34,389 bases of DNA from an uncultured Acutalibacter sp. (lineage in GTDB: Bacteria; Bacillota; Clostridia; Oscillospirales; Acutalibacteraceae). Below, one piece after another: positions 28,501-34,389 of this stretch. A model generated the notes under the pieces. That model saw nothing but the letters and a program-made list of their open reading frames with translations, was not told the origin of the DNA and ran no database searches. The translations under genes and the position numbers were made by a program. The stretch covers positions 12,576-46,964 of the forward strand of contig CAZBDS010000001.1 in NCBI GenBank assembly GCA_964490735.1, read 5' to 3'. Position 1 is the first letter of the stretch. Each line of letters begins with the position of its first letter.

Positions 28501-30705
28501 GTTGGCCGCCGCAATGCTGGGATCGTTAAAGTCTGTCCAGGTAAGGCCGCCGTTGGTGGAAAACTCGAACTTCGCGATGGTTTTGCCGGTGATGGGTTCC
28601 GACCGGACAAACAGCCACACGGTAGAGTTGGTGTATGTACGGTTGTCGTAGGGCTTAAATACTCCGCCCTCTTGCTTTACCAGCCGGACCTGGGGCGTGT
28701 TGGGCGCAGACAGGTCCACCTGGAAGTAGACGCTCTTTATATCGGTGCGGTATTCGGCAAAGTCCTCCGCCCGGGCGTCGATGCGGTAGTAGCCGTCCTT
28801 TGTCACCGAAAGCTCGGTCATGTTCTCCACCTCGGTGCCATCGTCCAGCACTTTGTTGGGCAGCACGGTCCAGTCGGTGGTGGTTACGCCGGGCAGGGCG
28901 CCCACGTCCGTTTGAGACAGCCGGGTAAGGACCGCCTCGCGGGAATCGCCCAGGGCCGAACCGTCGGTGGTGGAGATATAGTACATTCTATAGCTGTAGT
29001 TTTTAATGCCGCTGCCGCCCACGTCCTGGGCGCCGCCGATGTCGATCAAAACCTCGGCGCCTTTGCCGCCGACCACGGAATTCTCCGCGTTTTCAAGGGA
29101 CATATCCTTTCCGGAGGGAGAGGTGATCTGCAGGCCCGTGGGGGCGCTGGAGTCGATGGTGAAGGTATCGGAATACCCGTAGGTGCTGTAGCCGGTGTAC
29201 AGGTCGGTAATTACCAGCTTATAAGCGCAGGTATTGCTGTTGATCATTTCGTCGGAAGCCCCGCTGGACAGGTCGCTGAGCCTTTGAGGCAGCGTGACGT
29301 TTTCCCACAGGTTGGAGAACGTGTTTACGGGGTTGCCCTCTTCGTCCACCAAGGCCTTGGTGGTGGTGAGGTGATTCACGCGGTACCACACAGAGTGGTC
29401 CTGATCCACCACCTCGTTGCCCTCCTCGTCCTGGGCAACCGTGAATTGGCGGTTCGCCGTAAAGTAGATATCGGCCCGCAGGTTGGCGTTTTTCAGCTCC
29501 GCGCCGTCGGAGGTGGTGTAGGTTTTGCCCACGGCGTTTTCATCGTTAAAAGTGGTGAGCATGTTCAGGGGAAGCTGGCCCTGGCCGCCGCGGTAGACCT
29601 TGCCCGGGCTGCCTGCGGTAAACGTGCTGATTTTGGGCATCTCGTACCGGCAGCTGAGCATGGTGTCGTCGGTATTTTTGGGCGCACTCGTCTTGCCGTC
29701 GGTGACGATTACACCGCGGATATAGTAGGTTTTGCCAGAATCCAGCCCCGTTGCCGTCATGTGAATGGGCGTTTCGGGCAGACTGGCATTTGTCAGGGAG
29801 AATTCCTGGTTGGTTCCCTTGCCCGCGGGCCCGAAAGAGCCGTCTTTTTTCAGGTACTGCACCGTATTGGAGCTGGTAAAGGGCAGCGTTTCAGAGATCT
29901 GGTAGCCCACCGTGGCCTTTTTGCCGCCGTCACCGGGCTCGCTGATATACAGGTCAAAATCGACCTTGCCGCCCTGGGCGTCTACGGGGATCACGTCTAC
30001 CGGGTGAGCCTGGCCGTCGTTGACACCCACGATCTCCTCATAGGTGTCGTCCCAGCTTTCGGCGTAGCTGCCCTTGTAGTCCACAGCCATGCTGTCGGCG
30101 TCCAGGCGGCCTTCCGCGAAGCTGTAGAACTGAATGGCGCAGGTGTGCAGCGAGTCTTTGATCAGGTAATCGTCGTTAGTACTCTTATTAGAGTAAGCTC
30201 GTATCTCCAGATGGATCGTGGCAGATTTGGGACCGCGGGGCGTCTCGTTGAAATAGAAATCCACCGTGCTCATCAACGAGTTAAAGGTGCGGCTGTCTAT
30301 GCTGCTGTTGTTCTTTTGCGAGTAGGTAAGTGTCAGGCCGCTGTTATTTCCATAGGACGCTTTCCAGCCTGTTCCCAAATTCTCTTCGTTCAGTAAAACA
30401 GCGCTGCTGTCCTGCTTAACCTCTGCCGAGGTGATCTTGATCGCCTTGACATTCCACAGCTGATAATAGTATGAGCTGGTGTTGGCGGTAAAAACCCGGT
30501 TTGAAAGCAGGTTTACCGGGTCTGTGGTGGGGCTGCTGATGGAGCCGTCCGTCGCGTCGTAATCACCGTTTACGGCAATGGGGAAAGAACCCCAGCCGGC
30601 CGCAGAGGCGGTGATAAGCCCGCCCACAGCGATCACAATGGCCAGAAGCACTGCTACGATCGCTCTTCGATTTCCTTTCCGTATGCTTGTTCTCATCTTA
30701 CCCAT
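16570..30705 (-). CDS. Giant (4711 aa) secreted multidomain surface protein or adhesin with C-terminal X-module and dockerin (gene B)
   Basis: Perfect SD TAAGGAGGT and signal peptide (RKGNRRAIVAVLLAIVIAVGGLITASAA). Ig/FN3 motifs: GLDSGKTYYIRG, GEYTVRVKAMDAAGN, LLPNTQYTVYVQTRDQVGN, GLQAGMRYYMQVAARN. Also PKD-like NSPPVAQF...TFTDSSYDPD, divergent InlB-B repeats, and a duplicated Ca-loop dockerin at the C-terminus. No SLH, LPXTG or TM anchor seen. Confidence 0.95.
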   Translation of the reverse strand: MGKMRTSIRKGNRRAIVAVLLAIVIAVGGLITASAAGWGSFPIAVNGDYDATDGSISSPTTDPVNLLSNRVFTANTSSYYYQLWNVKAIKITSAEVKQDSSAVLLNEENLGTGWKASYGNNSGLTLTYSQKNNSSIDSRTFNSLMSTVDFYFNETPRGPKSATIHLEIRAYSNKSTNDDYLIKDSLHTCAIQFYSFAEGRLDADSMAVDYKGSYAESWDDTYEEIVGVNDGQAHPVDVIPVDAQGGKVDFDLYISEPGDGGKKATVGYQISETLPFTSSNTVQYLKKDGSFGPAGKGTNQEFSLTNASLPETPIHMTATGLDSGKTYYIRGVIVTDGKTSAPKNTDDTMLSCRYEMPKISTFTAGSPGKVYRGGQGQLPLNMLTTFNDENAVGKTYTTSDGAELKNANLRADIYFTANRQFTVAQDEEGNEVVDQDHSVWYRVNHLTTTKALVDEEGNPVNTFSNLWENVTLPQRLSDLSSGASDEMINSNTCAYKLVITDLYTGYSTYGYSDTFTIDSSAPTGLQITSPSGKDMSLENAENSVVGGKGAEVLIDIGGAQDVGGSGIKNYSYRMYYISTTDGSALGDSREAVLTRLSQTDVGALPGVTTTDWTVLPNKVLDDGTEVENMTELSVTKDGYYRIDARAEDFAEYRTDIKSVYFQVDLSAPNTPQVRLVKQEGGVFKPYDNRTYTNSTVWLFVRSEPITGKTIAKFEFSTNGGLTWTDFNDPSIAAANKKIALDNTTEYVSAWEDGVYTGDGAKFYYQAGVNLSGLGNDDYTSVVVRASDTLTNESAVSSAAVMRTIGDTPGPTSALDHEGIEVAIAMGNVDESDTKILPAQIKNAAALKINAKYYGTSSPAYTRIASHTCTWKNPDGSTDASCTGACSQSGCPYADKNNPNHYEYFTPEMVNVQGISGNSDMKGWVRYDHTQYMRISTGSGTKTIPTVVIDNASYIHTNLAGDPTGATYKTTGGVTRYTKSQDRVVYMGQTRSYSSVSQMLASQSPTPANSDGVTNWSGGAADLVNNTAASIYTRYAANFRYPAAPPVNNWSWAYNSGVSVSVNQSLGSSRSAAATYLNFSNPLGDSWTQAGKFIKGAGTTSTGESDWTSYGSSASDFATVVRRIYHMVDMTYATSRTWTNGASYKTADLTGSDDPNDTKERMKEIYGLGYQYGSFRDWLFLNVDQPTQKEIAFSVDDTYCVPHANDGFGFLFNTTIRQNQAGTWVISGYAFMMGGPETMPEYNWFIFKFTDLNLDWFADGALMRSGDYTKITSTTNMLEDLCINMTNWSGSNGQKIETIGFSKPDTTANSKRHFRLILNGSNVQLYVYNTGSSDRTPAQLAAKFNSDWPDWENAKNRTGVTFPSTATTSRYTLVNWYSSFSGSGSGASGSGTLSPNINAPRPTVDGIRIGTSESEDPTPHDDSNCYGFGPMISAKSTGHGCPKDSLAIFSNLDLTMDKARKLSEVVNEPQWGGGKAKFIMYLSDKSSADFNDPVLSTQIQWRLLNDQAKLIGWGRSSNRSITEKFIERVEGEGTYVTRASSGNATVIRTNMVETAATYITQQYYEAFGYDANSSTPIINQVAGKLGSEDSVNGKGTVFSADDIANIQLSVTPAKYNTSSANPDFPQGRWYIVHDLTGYDTDTIEQSSRSGKYSDALDLKVTKPGRYTVYFAPDAEKVRNNTLDPSDPTCIFDFIVNSPPVAQFSGSVSTDNIITFTDSSYDPDTNLTPGEAQPQGGDYTYEYYETVNGNRVKRETTYNNAQLNGISRTQWRWELLASYTESGTSKMGAFAESGGWLDNISQLDGMSIHDLTNGHLTTLGRNHSSGKNYFDKLPDGAVLTVYEKVTDTVTHRQANYSADGKTFVGYSYEPAKTSSTESKVCQQNLTGNAQVTYAPLPAFTPSTVNLYDTAKTTNQSVVLERKSKQTQQKTFSASWKIALNGGAYQNLYKDSNNNWHYGSTSGTTVLTWNTALNQPAAGVTVDSNYVDPNGNAYGAWNVNVDFIKSRVTKGNNIVLQLTETARGLTQEDINKGISTPHNIEDNSARAIFYKQDENAPTAQSVESQTFNGTEFVNYEASNYTDMTDGTRYIKIHVDGSTDREGEVAGYGYYFYERNKINGVGQAGTEVSYYPYTPSTAKRSAAVSTLSRDNGTLNLLPAAGGDIYIRDTSMLNTPTDSLNVAIFAYDNQTFSSSEATRLGRTINVGTGSSPVYPNTSTKTRVEDIKLSVSRPMPPEITATNAMNKRVAYIGNSAAFDSTYTPITGGKTTQDVQSSELDFFANTQVTIQFTPRQARYTTSSGKLVEVASGGTVQYQDVYGQADLTGVANVKYTVKHWRYRSDADGEPNSVRSATIPASEILSMEEDGLYEVTATVLNGAGCESVERKITFTIDHIAPDGDDSDANDQSPIRVSFVNEANGEGSGTTYHSGELSDGVTMYIERAYDANESSANFYYYINGKDWIKKGPITQPQSVTFDQTGEYTVRVKAMDAAGNETLDRQTTTVIIDRVGPDTPGPDLTATSERTEIFSEYGIELNYRSENGKIRMEQADHSLSQAADGANPVLFVPTGESRRFYFFPNEGMQLGTVTYTQKLGGGMTISTELSREPDGDKEADLQYDSVREAYYFEIQNIVYDGILSAEFLPEGQRLNAYMVKSRGSFFSMQAARASTETADKAEEEPAAADSGTETDPGTEIDPGTEPDPEPGEEELFTVTFPSVPGGEAELTYEDQTSDSQVTVPAGQIMRYKLIPGEGYKIDSVTISGEPIDVSTLVKEGNGYVGELKVVKNSTINAHFVAVDYRTLTIRYSDSGTVRLTDLSPVRTDPAKREMEYSVPEGSVIEFQMAPVSTEYMTESLTIEGEIVLENNTSAVATYQYTVPAYSGTGDDPGLTAEVKFNVADLDDAYAFTTSVVPEIRTEDGESVEIYHGTIDPLGETLVPASGSRTFKITAEATYRLDSLVVTQETQDGQKEIDYAASLTPTINEQGQRVYEYPLTNPASNGTIVATFVRQTYWVTSEAYGSGSVGFTEGEPIEGGLNTNYVPEGSVLNVQITPKEGARISDVIIRPDGGKEAIHLGAVSSYTLRNLSANTTVEATFTKRTVGSAVTKHRIQAVANNVKDASGKLAEKPYRFRISDGVNTSAWSDWLNTNSISFTGIFVEGSMEEIELLPNTQYTVYVQTRDQVGNLSAPASSTVYTRANVPAANGARAEDTPGEYTKKVALEVLPNGNPDYTEYLVYYSTSSNMANAEQANDGEWATLEDTADGRKVIYVRGLQAGMRYYMQVAARNKDMISTSLDSNSITSILVSPAAPPANTLYFKEQESPMDPVVLVWDAPSSDVEGVLLYRNGRCLNSDRPISPEDACTYVDSAANFTGDALNVYSYAFVNEAGIGSTCVAVSKEYYDAVKADTSGSTGESTLDKMDQLKTSSGYEMLFSETMTYPRFPTGLKYTASCGDGAGDEFSGTITVTMERNSSVMERYQKYFLTLKAFDPSKKDANGKPQEVTDYTKWCSSGTSQVPVETKVINAEGAKATWNNLSTLYEYQVFVEEIRSNGARTRNDGYGGQDAGKGVEGLLGKTYIVKQSGFGVKYSSAQAAEVGLTNQQYSWETTIGGTTKNRLTDYLPAGKAWTDPIPLSNGREYIAFNKSPHVELSTTPYAGNSAAKMLSDNSGLLLETANGDMTLTLDLLAWDVDGPKVSTTSMVKARITGTEVEGTAALVNPEGVDPMAGNDSTKDTAKANPYRVTLDVSSLRSGVYYDVDLIAYDGDTTVTVVGKAKIVVNTTSPNIELTKPRTGAAQVETNMRVPADIVTVDARLTRSSLDQSSQEMLNNVALLLMPERFEAVFNTSNYDTLRSYLIDGTNAQALAKAIELLGDYAKNPNYVTGGRLTERGFITALGRVTPPVNGYVKTDASTYNTLSASAATKDLVIKEENVYNGAVEYWVEIQRALSDTQCVWAEGKWLQKDGEYVRVTGAVGEKHRMMLRTNFGRNATPTTATFEIKEAPTVKILSDQKLAWKATVVEEEYEKYQSLQIKDIIAMYEAKGCIQDGTTPDLDGYTLEDYGARKRTVTDDEGNPVEQMEVFKLFDRQATVSMREIQGKVQTSKGVYDRFEKVRILFAKDQNFVPTSKTQVDDEISAARVKEATVTNALGLTTISVDSTYKFSTRSLEANTTYYLWPAFSVKDPVTGEVTERYGESYVSFTTDEEYKLAQYGFESYSATYYENQYLDKDGELTFPITKSGDNQVGTKLKVTAEYYQADEFGNIKYEEVTGEDGEVTQVPLKVPDSQLPIAQQTLYFSGANPQEGEVVFLPNAGSSRESVSLTLHHTTGAQGHMVVRLKLAVKESDPYYSQVLDMGEYMDIFVQDNETEVQTFLFGIYNQDPDGNKLMGEAFITGDSGTQTRRYYDYKFKGLPDGYYTQEKVLTVPYYNDGTGTLTDIQAVMYDDEACTIPSKNFTVTSPTKPSMEPDDEIWGTVTIRPASALPDGVYEGYMLLTANHMNASNYVKIHVYQVVGQSTLRGRIYISSVKPLANQYTGRSTVYVCEYGNTITDIDTGELIPGDPLHFYQTTTGPDGTFEIPNILNDRKYWIVVKRDGFVTFDGISQKLSSTNQWGPNLDSQGESKEFVLELRLLGGDVNMDGSVTEKKLGSKGDLEILVEHYNKYYTLGTTGTTQDEIYLRRCDFNDDGAVNALDRAFLIGNIGATVSSYKYETLQPVDTEE
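16573..17194 (-). other. X-module (carboxypeptidase-regulatory-like) plus dockerin dyad
   Basis: STLRGRIYI...YQTTTGPDGTFEIPNI...YWIVVKRDGF is followed by LLGGDVNMDGSVT...DLEILVEHYN and RCDFNDDGAVNALDRAFLIGNIG. This is the layout of the type-II XDoc of the scaffoldin CipA. Confidence 0.85.
17197..17520 (-). other. ASH/choice-of-anchor-D-like Ig domain
   Basis: YKFKGLPDGY...LTVPYYNDGTGTLTDI...NFTVT...VTIRPASALPDGVYEGYMLLT pattern. Confidence 0.5.
17633..18117 (-). other. Calx-beta-like domain
   Basis: YGFESYSATYYEN...FPITKSG...GEVVFLPNAGSSRESVSLTL...VVRLKL...DIFVQDNE follows the Calx-beta start and end pattern. Confidence 0.5.
21440..23135 (-). repeat. Five divergent InlB B-repeat-like modules with an acidic linker after the first
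   Basis: Recurring G.V/I...VP.G....F...P..GY....V ...A.F motif: VPTGESRRFYFFPNEG, VPAGQIMRYKLIPGEGY, VPEGSVIEFQMAP, VPASGSRTFKITAEATY, VPEGSVLNVQITPKEGA. Confidence 0.7.
22613..22668 (-). repeat. Imperfect 18-bp tandem repeat x3 encoding GTETDP-GTEIDP-GTEPDP linker
   Basis: ccggggtcaatttccgtt / ccggggtcggtttccgtt units are visible in the DNA, inside a Pro/acidic linker. Confidence 0.8.
26020..28260 (-). other. Split vWA-like domain with an inserted ConA/lectin-like beta-sandwich
   Basis: N-part: IEVAIAMGN plus a helix. C-part: LSEVVNEPQWGGGKAKFIMYLSD...LLNDQAKLIGWG...EGEGTYV. The insert has DGFGFLFN...ISGYAF...HFRLILNGSNVQLYV...YGFG...AIFSNLDL. Confidence 0.45.
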
Positions 30706-30714
30706 GAAAACTAT

Positions 30715-30723
30715 ACCTCCTTA
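30715..30723 (-). promoter_or_regulatory. Shine-Dalgarno site of gene B
   Basis: TAAGGAGGT, 9 nt upstream of ATG 30705, within a 36-bp intergenic gap. Confidence 0.9.
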
Positions 30724-30741
30724 CCGATCCCCGCGTACCGG

Positions 30742-33700
30742 TTAAGCAATACCGGCCGCACGGAGGATATATGCATAAGCCCAGTGTCCTCTCTTAACAT
30801 CGATAAAGGGACAGTAGGCATTCTCCTGAATGTTGCGGATCTGGAATTCGCTGGGAGCATTTTCCGTGATCATAATCAGGATTTTGACGGCTTCTGCCCG
30901 GGTAATCTTTTTGCCGGGACGGAAAGTGCCGTCCTCGTAGCCGTCCACCACGTTCATGTCGTAGAGGGCGCCTACGTGTTTGGTGTACCACGCCTCGCCG
31001 CTCACATCGCTGAACGGCGGGGTGTCGCCTACAGGCAGTTGAATCGCCTCGTCCAAAAGCTTGCAGGCCTCGGCCCTTGTAATGGTGTCGTTGGGCCGGA
31101 AGGTGCCGTCCGGATATCCGTCGGCAATGCCTTTCTGCTTTGCGAAAGCTATATAGTTGGCGTACCAATCGCCGGCGCTCACGTCGGTAAAGGACCGGCC
31201 GTAGTTCTTGTTGGGATTGTATCCTCCCAGGGCGCTTACCAGCATCTTAACAAATTCCGCCCTGGTCACCTTGTTCTCCGGTTTGATGAGCTTGCCGTCG
31301 TAGCCGTCCAGGAAGCTGGTGTTGCGGAGATCCTTGTACACCGCCGCGTATACCACGTCGCCATACACCGGGGTGAGGGCGGGATCCACCAGGGTCTGCC
31401 CGTCGGCAGTCCAGCCGATCATGCCGTAACCCACTTCCGACTTTACGCCGGGCACCGTGGGAGGCACTTCACCACCGCCCAGGAAGAACTGCCCCTGGCC
31501 TACCAGCTTGCCATACTCGCCTGCATCGAAGAGAACGCTGACCGCTCCGCCGCCGGCGGTTCTGGGCTTAAACACGGAAATATCCGCGTAGTTGTAAACC
31601 GCCTTGGTAATGTCCGGTTTCGCGGCGTCCAGAACACGGCAGCGCAGCACTACCGTTTTGTCTTCAAAGAAGCTTTCGGTCTGAATAGTGATCCCGGCGC
31701 CAACGTTGGGATTGGAAGCGTCCATCATCACCAGGAAGTCACTGGGCGGCCGGGGATTTCCGTCCTCGTCCAGCTCCAGGTTGTAGTCCGTCAGATTGCC
31801 TTCTTCGTCCCGCACATGCAGGGACCAGGAGATCTGAACCCTGCCGTCATAACTGGCGCCGTACTGGCTGTAGACCACAGGCGTTACAAAATCGAGGATA
31901 TCCTCGTCGCTGTTCCTTACGGGGTAGTTCTCGTACTGTTTGAGCAGCCGGACCGCGTAGGGCCGCAGCGCCTCCTGGGTAAGGTTGAGCACCAGTACCT
32001 TGCGTTTGCCGGCGGTAATGCTGTCGGAGAGCGCCACCGCTTCAAAGGCCAAGGAACCCAGGATCTCCGTGTTGCAGGCCGTGTAGACCGTCAGCTCGCC
32101 GGTAAGCCTGTCGAATTCCACCAACAGGGTCTTTTCGGCCTTCTTCTCAGCGTCCTCGTCGCCCTCTTCCACGCCGTCGGGATACTCGATCAGATAAATC
32201 TTGTAGCCGATGGGCCGGGGCTGATCCTCGTCGTCTTCGCTCTTGCCGGGCTCGAACACCTTTTCCAGGCGGAGGCCGTGGCCGCTGGGAAGCCGGGAAG
32301 TGATCAGGTCAATGTCGATGCCGGCGTCCTCGATCTTCGTACCGTACTGGTCAAAGACCTCGGGCAGGAACTGGTAAACCACCGAGCCCTTGTCGGCGTA
32401 AGGCCGCTCCAGGGGCTCCAGCGCGAAGCCGTTGGCATCTGAACCGTTGATGTACAGGTAGGTGGGGATCCTGGCTTCTCTCTGAAGATCCAGCGTGACG
32501 ATTTTCTCAAAGGAAGCTCCCGTTTCGCCCTGGGTGCTCACCTTGATCTGCACCTTTCCGTTGGCCCGGTTGGAGATGTCCAAAAGAATCTCTTCGCCCT
32601 GGGCCGGGCCGTTGGGATCCACCCGGGTGCCGTCCTTGTTAACCCGGGGCGTACCGTCCTTCTGGTCCGTTACGGCAAAGGTCACGCCGGTATGGTCTCC
32701 CACAAATTCCCATACGGGATAGGTGATATCGCTGTTGTCCTTCAGCCAGGCGGTAAACTGATCCAGCACCCAGGCTTTCAGGGTGATCTGCTCCACGTTG
32801 TCCTTGGAGCCCACGAAATCGGTGACCGCGCTGTTCCAGGTGGGAACGTCGGGCCGGTAGTCGTTGCTTTCGTCCAGAGACAGCTCGTTGGCAAAGGCCG
32901 TGCCCTTCTTCACCTGGAAGGTCTGATTGCTCAGGCCGGGCACCAGGCTTTGGGGCTTCCCCTTGGGAGTGGCGGTAACGGTGAACTGGCTGCCCAGGAA
33001 CACGGGCTGCAGGGTCAGTTCCCATTCGTTGTCGGCCCCCGTAGGCTTGGGCTGGGTAAGGCCGGAGATCTGCTCCATCTGCACGTCGGCGGGAGCTCTG
33101 GCAATCTCCTTGCCATACTGGTCGTATACGGTAACGCCCAGCTTGATCTTGACTTCGTCCAGATCCTTTCCGGGAACAGAGGGCTTCTGAATGCCGCCCT
33201 CCACCACCGAACCGGCTCCGTAATCGGTAATCCTGGGAACCGCGTAGCTGGGGGTCTGCTCGCTGTTCTTTTTCACCGTAAGCTTTGCCATACCGCAGAT
33301 ATCGGTAAACCCGGCCACTGCGGAAGATGCTTTCAGATAAAGGGTGCTGTTCCCCCGGGTGTAGGCGTCTTCGTCGAAATACACCCGCAGGTAGCCGGAA
33401 TTCACGTCGGTAAATTCCGCCCGGACGCTGTCAGGATCTGCATTGGAACGGTCGCTGCTGACGGGGTCTCCGGCAGCGTTCACCACAGACCATTCCACCG
33501 GGCTGTTCATGGGATTGCGGAACTGGTTGAACACCTGCCAGTCCATGGTGTACTCGGCGTAACCGGTACCCACCTTGTCGGGCAGGGCAATCTCCATTTC
33601 CGCCACAGAGCCGGAGCTCTTGGGCTTTACGGTGGCCGCGCCCTTCATGCCGGTCACCTCAATATAGGACACCTGCGGGCTTGCATCTCTCCACACCTGA

Positions 33701-34389
33701 ATGGTCTGGCTTTTGGGAGCCAGGTTTCCGCAGGTCGCAATCACGGTAAAATCGCTTTGCTCCGCCTGATAGGTCACGGTGACCAGCTTTCCGACGGTAT
33801 CCACCGTCAGGCCGGCGCCCTCGGGCGGGTTCGCAGGATCGATGCTCCACTTGATATCCGCGTCCCGCATCAGAATACCGTACTGGTCCCTGACGTAAGC
33901 CACCAGGGCCAGGGTGTTCGGATCCTGTCCGTAGACGGGAACCTCAATGCCGTCCTGATAGTTTTCCCAGGGAATGAGGATCGAGCTGGGCACGGAGGGG
34001 TTTCTCGTAACGGTGATGGCATGGGGATCGGACTCCAGTCCGCCGTTGACCCGGACCACCACCCACACCTTGGTGGGAATGTCCTCGGCCTGGCTCACAC
34101 TGCCGAAGCGGAGAATACCGCTGTCCGTCAGCGTAACGGAACGGGCTGTGTACTCGCTGCCCGCCCGGGAAATATCCGCTTCGGTCATGGTCCCGTTGGG
34201 GAACTCTACGGAAGAAAGCTTCCAGGTCAGCTCACTCTGGGCGAAGGTGTGGCCGCTGCCGTACTGGGTGGAGCCGGTGGCCGTAAGCTGCGTCAGAGAG
34301 CTGCCGTTTCCGGCCTGATCCGGGTATTGAAGGGTCCCGTTCGTCACGGAAACCGAAGTGGGCATTTCCGTGTTCCGGGTGATGTTCAC
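30742..34389 (-). CDS. C-terminal part (>1215 aa, 5'-truncated) of an SLH-anchored DQYG Ig-repeat surface protein (gene A)
   Basis: The frame is open to the window edge; the 'start' is only a GTG at the boundary, with no signal peptide. Seven motif copies (TQYG, DQYG, NQFR, DQYG, DQFT, DQYG, SQYG) are followed by an InlB-B-like repeat and SLH motifs (GYPDGTFRPNDTITRAE, GYEDGTFRPGKKITRAE). TAA at 30742-30744. Confidence 0.95.
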   Translation of the reverse strand: MNITRNTEMPTSVSVTNGTLQYPDQAGNGSSLTQLTATGSTQYGSGHTFAQSELTWKLSSVEFPNGTMTEADISRAGSEYTARSVTLTDSGILRFGSVSQAEDIPTKVWVVVRVNGGLESDPHAITVTRNPSVPSSILIPWENYQDGIEVPVYGQDPNTLALVAYVRDQYGILMRDADIKWSIDPANPPEGAGLTVDTVGKLVTVTYQAEQSDFTVIATCGNLAPKSQTIQVWRDASPQVSYIEVTGMKGAATVKPKSSGSVAEMEIALPDKVGTGYAEYTMDWQVFNQFRNPMNSPVEWSVVNAAGDPVSSDRSNADPDSVRAEFTDVNSGYLRVYFDEDAYTRGNSTLYLKASSAVAGFTDICGMAKLTVKKNSEQTPSYAVPRITDYGAGSVVEGGIQKPSVPGKDLDEVKIKLGVTVYDQYGKEIARAPADVQMEQISGLTQPKPTGADNEWELTLQPVFLGSQFTVTATPKGKPQSLVPGLSNQTFQVKKGTAFANELSLDESNDYRPDVPTWNSAVTDFVGSKDNVEQITLKAWVLDQFTAWLKDNSDITYPVWEFVGDHTGVTFAVTDQKDGTPRVNKDGTRVDPNGPAQGEEILLDISNRANGKVQIKVSTQGETGASFEKIVTLDLQREARIPTYLYINGSDANGFALEPLERPYADKGSVVYQFLPEVFDQYGTKIEDAGIDIDLITSRLPSGHGLRLEKVFEPGKSEDDEDQPRPIGYKIYLIEYPDGVEEGDEDAEKKAEKTLLVEFDRLTGELTVYTACNTEILGSLAFEAVALSDSITAGKRKVLVLNLTQEALRPYAVRLLKQYENYPVRNSDEDILDFVTPVVYSQYGASYDGRVQISWSLHVRDEEGNLTDYNLELDEDGNPRPPSDFLVMMDASNPNVGAGITIQTESFFEDKTVVLRCRVLDAAKPDITKAVYNYADISVFKPRTAGGGAVSVLFDAGEYGKLVGQGQFFLGGGEVPPTVPGVKSEVGYGMIGWTADGQTLVDPALTPVYGDVVYAAVYKDLRNTSFLDGYDGKLIKPENKVTRAEFVKMLVSALGGYNPNKNYGRSFTDVSAGDWYANYIAFAKQKGIADGYPDGTFRPNDTITRAEACKLLDEAIQLPVGDTPPFSDVSGEAWYTKHVGALYDMNVVDGYEDGTFRPGKKITRAEAVKILIMITENAPSEFQIRNIQENAYCPFIDVKRGHWAYAYILRAAGIA
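30745..31314 (-). other. Three SLH domains, circularly permuted arrangement
   Basis: GYDGKLIKPENKVTRAEF; FTDV..GDWY...GYPDGTFRP..TITRAE; FSDV..EAWY...GYEDGTFRP..ITRAE; and a terminal FIDVKRGHWAYAYI. Confidence 0.93.
31336..31543 (-). other. Listeria-Bacteroides/InlB B-repeat-like module
   Basis: VSVLFDAGEYG...VPGV...GYGMIGWT...VYGDVVYAAVY pattern. Confidence 0.7.

Noticed and set aside
16570-30705. Gene B as a cellulosomal scaffoldin or enzyme, or an RHS/RTX toxin
   Set aside because: No cohesin array, CBM3, GH catalytic motif, YD-repeat core or RTX nonapeptides recognised; a formal domain scan is still needed.
17032-32442. Plus-strand ORFs of 1074, 2329, 574 and 552 aa
   Set aside because: Antisense shadows of genes B and A caused by high-GC codon bias; no recognisable motifs.
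34387-34389. GTG start assigned to gene A
   Set aside because: It sits at the window edge in the middle of a module with no signal peptide; the real start lies upstream.

Overview
This is a high-GC, SLH-bearing Firmicutes-like (probably Clostridia) window, ~99% occupied by three co-oriented giant minus-strand genes for secreted surface proteins. In transcription order: (A) 30742..>34389 is the 5'-truncated end of a DQYG-type Ig-repeat protein ending in an InlB-B-like repeat and SLH cell-wall anchors. (B) 16570..30705 is a 4711-aa secreted multidomain adhesin-like protein (Ig/FN3, split vWA-like with lectin-like insert, PKD, divergent InlB-B repeats, Calx-beta-like, ASH-like) ending in an X-module plus dockerin. 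(C) <1..16406 is missing from the supplied ORF track because it runs off the window without a stop; it encodes >5468 aa with a signal peptide, a cohesin-like N-terminal domain and ~48 divergent DQYG Ig-like modules. My best hypothesis is a non-cellulosomal cohesin-dockerin system in which SLH-anchored Ig 'stalks' display a giant dockerin-tagged adhesin far from the cell. A structured 163-bp intergenic region lies between B and C. The long plus-strand ORFs are antisense shadows. All domain calls are by-eye motif recognition, not database results.
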